In this document: positions 34,525 through 42,363 of the stretch, one piece after another
Layout of the letters: the number at the start of each line of letters is the position of its first letter
Numbering within the stretch: position 1 is the stretch's first letter
Assembly: GCA_903902855.1 (NCBI GenBank)
Contig: CAIUWK010000068.1
Location: 3,363-67,362, forward strand
Source: an uncultured Geobacter sp.
GTDB taxonomy: Bacteria > Desulfobacterota > Desulfuromonadia > Geobacterales > CAIOGM01
Reading direction: 5' to 3'
Length of the DNA: 64,000 nt
The notes under the pieces: model-generated
The model's database searches: none
Seen by the model: the letters and a program-made list of their open reading frames with translations, nothing else
What the model was told of the DNA's origin: nothing
Program-made: the position numbers and the translations under genes

Positions 34525-36102
34525 ATGATCGAAAACGTGATCGACTCTCTGCTGAAACCGGCCGCCTACCCCGATCCGACGCCGGACGTCCGACTGATCC
34601 AGACCCACGTCTCCTTCATCTTTGTCACCAAGCAGTTCGTCTACAAGGTCAAGAAGCCGGTGGAGCTGGGTTTCCTAAACTTCACGACCCTGGAACGCCG
34701 ACAGTTTTACTGTCACGAAGAGCTCCGCCTGAACCGCCGCCTGGCCCCGGAGATCTACCTGGAGGTGGTTCCTGTTCGGCTGACACCCCGCGGCGCCTCG
34801 TTGTGCGGTGACGGCGAGGTCATCGACTATGCCGTCAAGATGCTCCGTCTTCCCGAAGAGCTGATGATGAGCCGGCTCCTGGCAGAGGGGGGAGTTACCG
34901 CCACTCAGGTCAGATGCTTGGCAAGGATCGTGGCCCGCTTCCACCTGGCTGCGGCCACCGGGCCGGAGATTGCCCGTTATGGCGAACCAGAAGCGATCCT
35001 CGCCAACTGGGAGGAAAATTTCACCATCGTAGCGCCGTTTGTGGGGCGGACCATAAGCCGGGAAGATTTCCGTCTCATCCGCGGGTGGGTCCGGGAGTTC
35101 CTTGACGGAAACATGCTCCTCTTCCAGCGCCGGGTTACCGATGGGTTCATCCGCGAAGGGGACGGAGATCTTCATGGCGGGAACATCTGCCTCACCGACC
35201 CGCCGGTGATCTTCGACTGCATCGAGTTCAACGAGCGATTTCGCTGCCTGGACACGGCGGCGGACATCGCCTTCCTCCTCATGGATCTGGAGTATTACGG
35301 CGCGGGGCGCCTGGTTAAGGAGTTCGTGGCAGAGTACTGCGCCATCACCAAAGATCCCGGCGCCGGGGAACTCCTCCCCTTCTATGAGCTCTACCGGACC
35401 GTTATCCGGGGAGAGGTGGAGAGCATCAAGTCGGGGCAACAAGAGCTCTCACCGGAAGAGCGGGAAGAGGCAGGGGAGAGTGCCCGGCGGCACTTCCGTC
35501 TGGCCCGTGGCCTGATCATCCGAGAAAACCTTTCCCCGACCCTCTTCATCACCTGCGGTCTCAGCGGCAGCGGCAAGAGTGCCCTGGCCTCTGAGCTCTC
35601 CCTGCAACTGGGGCTGGATCATTTTTCTTCGGACCGGCTGCGCAAGCAGCTTGCCGGCCTCACACCCACGGAGCGCTGCAGCGATGACCAGCGTGACGCT
35701 CTCTACGGTCACTCCTTCACCCGCAAGACCTACGACCGACTCCTGGAGGCGGCCCAAGAGGCCCTGCGTGAAGGGAGGAATGTCATCGTGGACGCCACCT
35801 TCCGGGAACGACGGGAGCGGATGGCGTTTCACCATCTGGCTGCCACCCATGGGGTCCGCTTCGTGATCCTCCGGCTCCGCGCTCCTGAAACAGTGATTCT
35901 GGAGCGTCTCCAGGCCCGGGAACAGCAGCGGGACGTGATCTCCGATGCCCGTGAGTCGGTCTATTTCAGTCAGAAAAACGAATTCGAGCCCCCCGAAACC
36001 TTCGAGGGAGAACTAATGGTTGTCGACACGACGCAAACTTTATTGCATACTGTGGATGCGCTACTGACCTCACTGGGAGTTCTGCCATGTGGCCACAACT
36101 GA
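34525..36102 (+). CDS. fusion of an APH-like phosphotransferase domain and a P-loop (AAA_33-like) kinase domain
   Basis: ATG at 34525. N-terminal part has DLHGGN and the FDCIEFN kinase-like motif. C-terminal part has Walker A GLSGSGKS. Confidence 0.65.
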   Translation: MIENVIDSLLKPAAYPDPTPDVRLIQTHVSFIFVTKQFVYKVKKPVELGFLNFTTLERRQFYCHEELRLNRRLAPEIYLEVVPVRLTPRGASLCGDGEVIDYAVKMLRLPEELMMSRLLAEGGVTATQVRCLARIVARFHLAAATGPEIARYGEPEAILANWEENFTIVAPFVGRTISREDFRLIRGWVREFLDGNMLLFQRRVTDGFIREGDGDLHGGNICLTDPPVIFDCIEFNERFRCLDTAADIAFLLMDLEYYGAGRLVKEFVAEYCAITKDPGAGELLPFYELYRTVIRGEVESIKSGQQELSPEEREEAGESARRHFRLARGLIIRENLSPTLFITCGLSGSGKSALASELSLQLGLDHFSSDRLRKQLAGLTPTERCSDDQRDALYGHSFTRKTYDRLLEAAQEALREGRNVIVDATFRERRERMAFHHLAATHGVRFVILRLRAPETVILERLQAREQQRDVISDARESVYFSQKNEFEPPETFEGELMVVDTTQTLLHTVDALLTSLGVLPCGHN

Positions 36103-36344
36103 AACAACTCCTCCTGACACGTCTCCGATTCCGTGAATCGTGGATTTTGTTCTTCGTGTTCGGTCTGATCATGATGAATTACCCCTTCATCAGCATCTTC
36201 AACAAGCCGACGCAACTCTTCCAGATCCCGATCCTCTATCTCTACCTCCAGGTCGGCTGGGCTGTCTCCATTTTCGTCATCTGGCTCTTCAACAAGGCCA
36301 ATAATGAAGACGACCGCGACGGCGCCCCGAAAGAAGGACCTTGA
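36087..36344 (+). CDS. small two-TM membrane protein (DUF4212-like solute-symporter small subunit?)
   Basis: 85 aa with two hydrophobic helices. Overlaps both neighbours (16 nt upstream, ATGA downstream). Confidence 0.45.
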   Translation: MWPQLKQLLLTRLRFRESWILFFVFGLIMMNYPFISIFNKPTQLFQIPILYLYLQVGWAVSIFVIWLFNKANNEDDRDGAPKEGP

Positions 36345-39300
36345 TGCTCCAGCCGGAACTGGTTATCGGAGTATCCCTCCTCTATATTCTGCTGTTGTTC
36401 ATCATCGCCGCCTGGGCCGACAAGCGCCAGGCGTCCGGGCGAAGCGTTGTCGCCAATCCCCATATCTACTCCCTTTCCATCGCCGTGTTCGCCACCGCCT
36501 GGACCTACTACGGCAGCGTGGGGAAGGCCGCCACCACCGGACTCGACTATCTCCTCATCTATCTGGGCCCCTCCCTCACCGCCTTTTCCTGGTGGTTCAT
36601 GCTGCGCAAGACGGTGCGGATCTGCCGCGAGAACAATATAACCTCCATCGCCGACTTCATCGGCTCCCGCTACGGCAAGTCCCAGCGCCTGGGGGGGCTG
36701 GTGACTCTCATCGCCGTGCTGGGGATCATGCCGTACATCGCCCTCCAGTTGAAAGCGGTCTCCACCTCCTTCGAGATTCTCTGCGGCCAACCTCATGTCT
36801 CCATCCCGCTCCCCGGGGGAGGTGACGTCCCCGTGGGGAGCAGCGCCCTGGCGGCGGGGATACTGGCGCTCTTTGCCGTCCTCTTCGGCGCTCGGCGACT
36901 CTCTTCCACCGAGCGGCACGAAGGGCTGGTGGCGGCCATCGCCCTGGAGTCGGTGGTCAAGCTCTGCGCCTTCCTGGTGGTGGGGATTTATGTCACCTTC
37001 TTCCTCTTCGACGGCTTTCACGACATCTTCGGCCGAATGGCCGCCGCATATCCGGAACGACTGGACCACCTGACTACCCTGGGAGATCCCGGTGAGGTCT
37101 CCTACGCCTCCATCTTTTCCATGCTGGCCATCTCCATGGGGGCGATCATGCTCCTCCCCCGCCAGTTTCATATCATGGTCATCGAAAACGCCGACGAACG
37201 CCATATCAGGAAGGCCATGTGGCTCTTCCCCGCCTACCTCTTTCTCATCAATCTCTTTGTCATGCCCATAGCCTTGGCCGGTATCCTCTTCACCGACTCC
37301 GGCGCCGGCGCCGACTTCTACCTCCTCTCCCTCCCCCTGAAGGCGGGACACCCCTGGCTGGCGCTCCTGGCCTTCCTGGGAGGGTTCTCCGCCGCCGCCG
37401 GAATGGTGATGGTGGAATCCATCGCCGTCAGCACCATGCTGCTGGATCACCTCCTCATGCCGCTTTTGGTCCGGATCGCCCCCAACGGCTGGTTTCCCGG
37501 ACTGTTCCTGAACCTGAAGCGGTGCGGCATCGTCCTTGTGGTCTTTTTGGGGTATCTCTACCTCAACGTGGTGGCTGATAAGTACATGCTCGTGAACATG
37601 GGGATCATCTCCTTCGTGGCCGCGGCCCAGTTCGCCCCCGCCTTCATCGGCGGACTCTACTGGCGTCGCGGGAACAAGTCCGGCGCCCTGGTGGGGATGT
37701 CCCTGGGGTTCATCCTCTGGTTCTACACCCTGCTCCTCCCCTCTCTCATCCAGAGCGGGTGGTGGAAGAGCCGTCTCCTGGAGGAAGGGCTCTTCGGCAT
37801 CCCCCTCCTCCGCCCCACCGCCCTCTTCGGCCTTGAGGAGTTCGACCTGAATACCCATGCCGTCTTCTGGACTCTCCTCTTCAATCTGGGGGGGTATCTG
37901 ATTTTCTCCATCCTCATGCCCCAGGGGGAGCGGGAGCAGGAACCGGCAGAGAAATTCGTGAATGTGTTCAAGCCCCGGGAAGAAGAGTCCTGGGAGCGAA
38001 AACGTTTTTCCAAGCCGGTCACCATCATCCAGTTCGCCGACCTCATGGCCAAATTTGTGGGGGACGAGCAGGCCAACAGCGCCATTGCCGCCTATCTGGG
38101 AAACCGGGAGATCGACAAGAACGGCCGGGTCTCCGAGTTCGAACTCCCGACGCTCAAACGGTTCATCGAAAAGACCCTGGCCGGGGCGGTGGGGGCCGCG
38201 GCGGCGGGAGCCATCGTGGAGAGTTACCTCTCCGACATCGGTTCCCGGATGGAGTCCTTTTACGATGTCTTCCGCACGGTCCGGACTTCTCTGGAGGAGA
38301 GCCGCGAATCACTCTATTTCCGACTGCGCGCCTCGGAGATCATGAGCCGGACGCTCGATCTCCAGATCATCATCGACGACCTCCTGGAGCTGATCCGGAC
38401 CGATTTCGGCTTCAACCTGGTGCTGGTCAGACTCGCCACCGCAGGGGGGGTCCTGAAGGTCAGAGGGTTCCGTGGGATCGATATCCGGAAGATTACCCGC
38501 ACCGACTGGGTGGCTGCGGTGGACACCTACGTGGGGGAAGCCTTTCTCACCAACAAGATCCAGTTCGAGAACGACGTGAACCACGCCACCAAGCAGGTGA
38601 GCCGCGACCTCATGGAAACGGCGGGGGTCCGCTCCTTCGCTCATATCCCCATCGCCCGCCAGGGTGAATCCCCCATCGGCATCCTGTCGGTCTTTTCCCA
38701 GGATATCGTCGGTCTCTTCACCGAGGATTTTCTCAAGCTGCTGGCCAGCCTGGCGGGGCAACTAGCCCAGGCCGTCACCATCGTCTTCGAGATGGAGGCC
38801 CGGGAGCGGGAGCGCAAGGCCAAGGAACAGGCCCTTCTGGAGAATGCCCGGGTCCTGCGTGACATGGAGATCGCCAAGCAGATTCAGCGCTCCCTCCTCC
38901 CCACCACCCCGCCGAACCTGCCTGGATTGCAGATCGCCGGGAGCTGTCTTCCCGCAGCCCATGTGGGGGGAGACTACTTCGACTACTTCCTCAGGGAAGA
39001 CGACACTCTGGATGTGGTCATAGCCGATGTCTCCGGACACAATGTGGGGGCCGCCCTCATCATGACCGAGACCCGCAGCGTGCTCCGTGCCCATGTGCAG
39101 CAGGCGGTCTACCCCGGCGAGCTGATGCGGCGTCTCAACGAAGTCCTGTACGAGGATCTGAGCCGCTCCGAACTCTTCATCAGCATGTTCTATGTGAGCT
39201 ACACTTTCGAGAGCAGCCTGCTCCGCTACGCCAACGCCGGACACAACCGGCCGCTCCTGCTGAAACGGGAGGAGACGGAGTGCAGCGATCTGGACGCGGA

Positions 39301-39586
39301 GGGGCTGATTCTGGGAGTACTGCCGGACGTCACCTTCGAGGAGAAAACTGTACAGCTGGGGCCGGGGGACCTCCTTCTGCTCTACACCGACGGGATCATC
39401 GAATCCCAGAACAGCAGCGGGGAATTTTTCGGCATCCAGCGACTCAGCCGGACCCTGAAACTCCGCCGCGACGACACACCCGACGCCATTATCTCTGCGT
39501 TGTTCGAGGACCTCGACGAGTTTCTCGGAGACGCTCCGCCCGACGACGATATCACCCTGGTCGCACTGAAACTGGCAAAAAACTGA
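36341..39586 (+). CDS. SLC5/SSS transporter-like domain fused to GAF and PP2C (SpoIIE/RsbU-type) phosphatase
   Basis: 1081 aa. About 500-aa polytopic N-terminus, a linker, a GAF-like region, then PP2C motifs GGDYFDY, DVSGHNVGAAL, NAGH, LYTDGIIE and DDDITLV. Confidence 0.8.
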   Translation: MMLQPELVIGVSLLYILLLFIIAAWADKRQASGRSVVANPHIYSLSIAVFATAWTYYGSVGKAATTGLDYLLIYLGPSLTAFSWWFMLRKTVRICRENNITSIADFIGSRYGKSQRLGGLVTLIAVLGIMPYIALQLKAVSTSFEILCGQPHVSIPLPGGGDVPVGSSALAAGILALFAVLFGARRLSSTERHEGLVAAIALESVVKLCAFLVVGIYVTFFLFDGFHDIFGRMAAAYPERLDHLTTLGDPGEVSYASIFSMLAISMGAIMLLPRQFHIMVIENADERHIRKAMWLFPAYLFLINLFVMPIALAGILFTDSGAGADFYLLSLPLKAGHPWLALLAFLGGFSAAAGMVMVESIAVSTMLLDHLLMPLLVRIAPNGWFPGLFLNLKRCGIVLVVFLGYLYLNVVADKYMLVNMGIISFVAAAQFAPAFIGGLYWRRGNKSGALVGMSLGFILWFYTLLLPSLIQSGWWKSRLLEEGLFGIPLLRPTALFGLEEFDLNTHAVFWTLLFNLGGYLIFSILMPQGEREQEPAEKFVNVFKPREEESWERKRFSKPVTIIQFADLMAKFVGDEQANSAIAAYLGNREIDKNGRVSEFELPTLKRFIEKTLAGAVGAAAAGAIVESYLSDIGSRMESFYDVFRTVRTSLEESRESLYFRLRASEIMSRTLDLQIIIDDLLELIRTDFGFNLVLVRLATAGGVLKVRGFRGIDIRKITRTDWVAAVDTYVGEAFLTNKIQFENDVNHATKQVSRDLMETAGVRSFAHIPIARQGESPIGILSVFSQDIVGLFTEDFLKLLASLAGQLAQAVTIVFEMEARERERKAKEQALLENARVLRDMEIAKQIQRSLLPTTPPNLPGLQIAGSCLPAAHVGGDYFDYFLREDDTLDVVIADVSGHNVGAALIMTETRSVLRAHVQQAVYPGELMRRLNEVLYEDLSRSELFISMFYVSYTFESSLLRYANAGHNRPLLLKREETECSDLDAEGLILGVLPDVTFEEKTVQLGPGDLLLLYTDGIIESQNSSGEFFGIQRLSRTLKLRRDDTPDAIISALFEDLDEFLGDAPPDDDITLVALKLAKN

Positions 39587-39619
39587 CCCTGCGACCATTA
39601 CCAATCCCAGGAGGAAACC

Positions 39620-39955
39620 ATGAATCTGGACATCGCCGAACCAAAAAAGCTGGTGGTCATAACCATCAAGGAAGAGCGTCTCGACGCCCACAACGCCGCT
39701 GACCTGAAGGCCGAACTCCTGGCGCTCTTCGAACAGGGAAAGAAGAACATCCTCATCAACCTCCAGGACGTCCGGTTCATCGACAGCTCCGGTCTCGGCG
39801 CCCTGGTTTCAGGCTTCAAAAACGCCATTACCAACCAGGGGAGCCTGAAACTGGCGGGGCTGCAACCCCAGGTCAAATCCATGTTCGAACTGACCCGGCT
39901 GCACCGGGTGTTCGATATCTATCCCACCACTGCGGACGTCCCGGAACTCCCCTGA
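39620..39955 (+). CDS. STAS-domain anti-sigma-factor antagonist (RsbV/SpoIIAA-like)
   Basis: 111 aa. DLQDVRFIDSSGLGALV contains the phosphorylatable Ser motif. Confidence 0.8.
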   Translation: MNLDIAEPKKLVVITIKEERLDAHNAADLKAELLALFEQGKKNILINLQDVRFIDSSGLGALVSGFKNAITNQGSLKLAGLQPQVKSMFELTRLHRVFDIYPTTADVPELP

Positions 39956-39966
39956 GCGAGGACCCC

Positions 39967-40404
39967 ATGGAGAAGAACCGGATCGAAATCGATATCAAGA
40001 TTCCGAATCAGACCCGGTATCTGCGCCTCATCGGCAAGATCGGAGAAGAGTTGGCCATCGGGCTGGACGAGTACGCGGGGAATCGGAATACCCTGGCGTA
40101 CTACATCAACCTGGTGCTCACCGAATCGGTGATCAATACCATAACCCATGCCAATGCCTGCGACCCGAACAAGATCGTGCACCTCAGCATCGGTATCGAA
40201 CAGGATGATCTCGTAATCAGGGTTTTTGACGAGGGAAAGGGGTTCGATATCAACGAGGTGCCCCCTCCGGATTTTGAAGACCTGGCGGAGGGAGGACGGG
40301 GGGTCTTCCTCATCCGCTCCATCATGGATTCGGTGAACTACCGAAAAAAAGGGTCCGAAAACGTGCTGGAGATGAGGAAGAGTCTGGTAAAAGGTGAGAA
40401 GTGA
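39967..40404 (+). CDS. RsbW/SpoIIAB-like anti-sigma Ser kinase (HATPase_c)
   Basis: 145 aa. N-box ESVINTITHA and G-box DEGKGF...GGRGVFLI. Confidence 0.75.
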   Translation: MEKNRIEIDIKIPNQTRYLRLIGKIGEELAIGLDEYAGNRNTLAYYINLVLTESVINTITHANACDPNKIVHLSIGIEQDDLVIRVFDEGKGFDINEVPPPDFEDLAEGGRGVFLIRSIMDSVNYRKKGSENVLEMRKSLVKGEK

Positions 40405-40590
40405 AAGGCTGACTGAAGGTGAATGGTGAATAGCAGGAAGTGAATGGTGAATAGTGAATGGTGAAAAGTGCAACGGCACGAGAGGCTCTTTTCACCATTC
40501 ACGTTTCACCATTCACGTTTTAGACGTTTCACCATTCACCATTCACCATTCACCATTCACATGTTAGACGTTTCACCGTTGACGTTTCTC
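40395..40590. repeat. large inverted pair of TTCACCA-type arrays forming a long imperfect hairpin between convergent genes
   Basis: gtgaatggtgaatag...gtgaatggtgaaaagtg, a ~20-nt loop, then ttttcaccattcacgtttcaccattcacg...ttcaccattcaccattcaccattcac. Confidence 0.9.
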
Positions 40591-41349
40591 AGTAATAAGC
40601 ACCATCGTTACCCCGAGGATGAACATGGGGAGGCTCAGGAGTTGCCCCATGGAGAGGGAGCCGAAGAGGAGGCCGATCTGGGCGTCCGGCTCCCGGAACA
40701 GCTCCACGAAGGAGCGGAACAGACCGTACCCGGCGATAAAGCTCCAGAAGACGACACCGTCGGGAGGATTCCTTCGCGAGGTGAGCCAGAGAATGAGGAG
40801 CAGGAGCGGTCCCTCCAGGAGCGCCTCGTAGAGTTGCGAAGGATGCCGGGGAGAAGGACCGCCGCCGGGGAAGATCATCCCCCAGCGGACCGTGGTGGTT
40901 CTGCCGTAGAGCTCCCCGTTGATGAAGTTGCCGATCCTACCGAAGAAGAGCCCCACCGGTCCCGCCATGAAGCCGATATCCGCCATCCGGAAGAAGGGGA
41001 TTTTTTTCTTCCGGGCATACAGCACCCCCCCGATGATGGCTCCGGTTACCCCGCCGTGAAACGACATCCCCCCTTCCCAGATGGCAATGGCCTTCAGGGG
41101 ATGCTCCAGATAAAATGAAAAGTTATAAAAAAGGACATACCCCAGCCGTCCCCCCAGGATAATCCCCAGGGCCACGGTGAAGATCAGATCGGCCACGTCA
41201 TCCCGGGTGAGGGGGAGGTTGCGCCGCTTTACCCCGGCGGAGATGATGAAATACGCTGAGACGAAACCTAGAATGTACATGAGCCCATACCAACGGAACG
41301 CCAGGGGACCGATCTGGAGGAATATGGGGTCGATTTCAGGGAACTGCAT
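40573..41349 (-). CDS. lgt: prolipoprotein diacylglyceryl transferase
   Basis: 258 aa. IGPLAFRWYGLMYILGF ... GRIGNFINGELYGR are typical Lgt motifs. Confidence 0.85.
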   Translation of the reverse strand: MQFPEIDPIFLQIGPLAFRWYGLMYILGFVSAYFIISAGVKRRNLPLTRDDVADLIFTVALGIILGGRLGYVLFYNFSFYLEHPLKAIAIWEGGMSFHGGVTGAIIGGVLYARKKKIPFFRMADIGFMAGPVGLFFGRIGNFINGELYGRTTTVRWGMIFPGGGPSPRHPSQLYEALLEGPLLLLILWLTSRRNPPDGVVFWSFIAGYGLFRSFVELFREPDAQIGLLFGSLSMGQLLSLPMFILGVTMVLITEKRQR

Positions 41350-41456
41350 GGAAGCTACCTCGGGAGTGATTTTTCGCTAACCTACCAGTAAAGCTCAGGG
41401 GAGTCAACGGCAGTTGAACCACGGAGACACGGAGAAAAATCGGGTTGTACCTTCGT

Positions 41457-42038
41457 CTATTCCACAAAGACCACTGAAAGATCAATCTCCAGATCCGGGA
41501 AAATCCCTACACGCAATCGATCCGTATCCGGATATTCCGATGGTGGACCATACAAGCCGACGGCTTCAAGGGAAAAGACCGTCACGGTCCGTGCTGACGG
41601 ATCAACGAGCCAGTATTCCCGAACCCCTGCCCTCTCATATCGAACAAATTTGATCTTCTGATCCTTCTGATAGGTCCCCGGGGAAAGAATCTCGATCACC
41701 AAATCCGGAGCCCCACGATATCCGCTGTTATCCAGCTTGCTTCGATCACAAATCACCGACAGGTCGGGTTGCACTACCGTCGCCACCTGATCATCATCTT
41801 CATCGGCTTCCGGCAGGCGAACATCGAACGGAGCCGGAATGGCAAGGCATGGCTTCCCATCCAGATAGTTGGTGAACCGGCGCACCAGTTGCGCAAGAAT
41901 GAGTTGATGCCGTGGCGAAGGCGCCGGAGACATGTCATAGGGAATACCATCTATCAACTCCCACCGGTCGACATCCGTCCAGGTGCGATAGTCGCCATAG
42001 GTAAAGAGCTCTTGCTGCTTGTACGCCAAAGGTCCCAT
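41457..42038 (-). CDS. Uma2-family (DUF820) restriction-endonuclease-like protein
   Basis: ATG at 42038 with a GGGGAG SD. ELIDGIPYDMSPAPSPRHQ ... PDLVIEILSP is Uma2-like. Confidence 0.7.
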   Translation of the reverse strand: MGPLAYKQQELFTYGDYRTWTDVDRWELIDGIPYDMSPAPSPRHQLILAQLVRRFTNYLDGKPCLAIPAPFDVRLPEADEDDDQVATVVQPDLSVICDRSKLDNSGYRGAPDLVIEILSPGTYQKDQKIKFVRYERAGVREYWLVDPSARTVTVFSLEAVGLYGPPSEYPDTDRLRVGIFPDLEIDLSVVFVE

Positions 42039-42225
42039 GAGAGTCTCCCCGCCCGCATTCACTACCACTCATCAGCCGTGTGAATCTAGCACGCACTCAA
42101 GGAAATAACAAGATTTCCGCCGCAGAGATTCACTCCTTCAGGACACACCGCGTACAGTTCCGTCTATTGGCTGGCCGCTTCTTGCCCCGGGCTGCTCCCG
42201 CGGATTCACGTTTTCAAGGTTTCCA

Positions 42226-42255
42226 TTGACCTGAAGGGCGAACATCGTCTATTAT
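42226..42255 (+). promoter_or_regulatory. near-consensus sigma70-type promoter upstream of the ParA-like gene
   Basis: TTGACC (42226-42231), 18-nt spacer, TATTAT (42250-42255). Implies a ~100-nt leader. Confidence 0.5.
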
Positions 42256-42363
42256 CCGGTGCGGTAAGCGAAGGTCAATCCTCGCCGCTACTGCTCCCAC
42301 CGCGAACAACTCCGCTTCACGTCACTGCCGCTCAGGCAGCATTTTTTCAGGATCAGGACACTC

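Noticed and set aside
36242-37858. 538-aa minus-strand ORF
   Set aside because: It is antisense to the polytopic SLC5-like domain. Its G/E/D/H-rich low-complexity translation does not look coding.
40395-40590. Possible CRISPR array suggested by many short repeats
   Set aside because: The repeat period is only 7-8 nt with no unique spacers, and the two halves are mutually complementary. This is not CRISPR architecture, and no cas genes are nearby.
42340-42363. Short hairpin plus T-tract in the ParA-like leader, as a riboswitch or attenuator
   Set aside because: It is only a 5-bp stem, and I recognise no conserved aptamer-like structure. It is mentioned in the ParA finding but not called as a feature.
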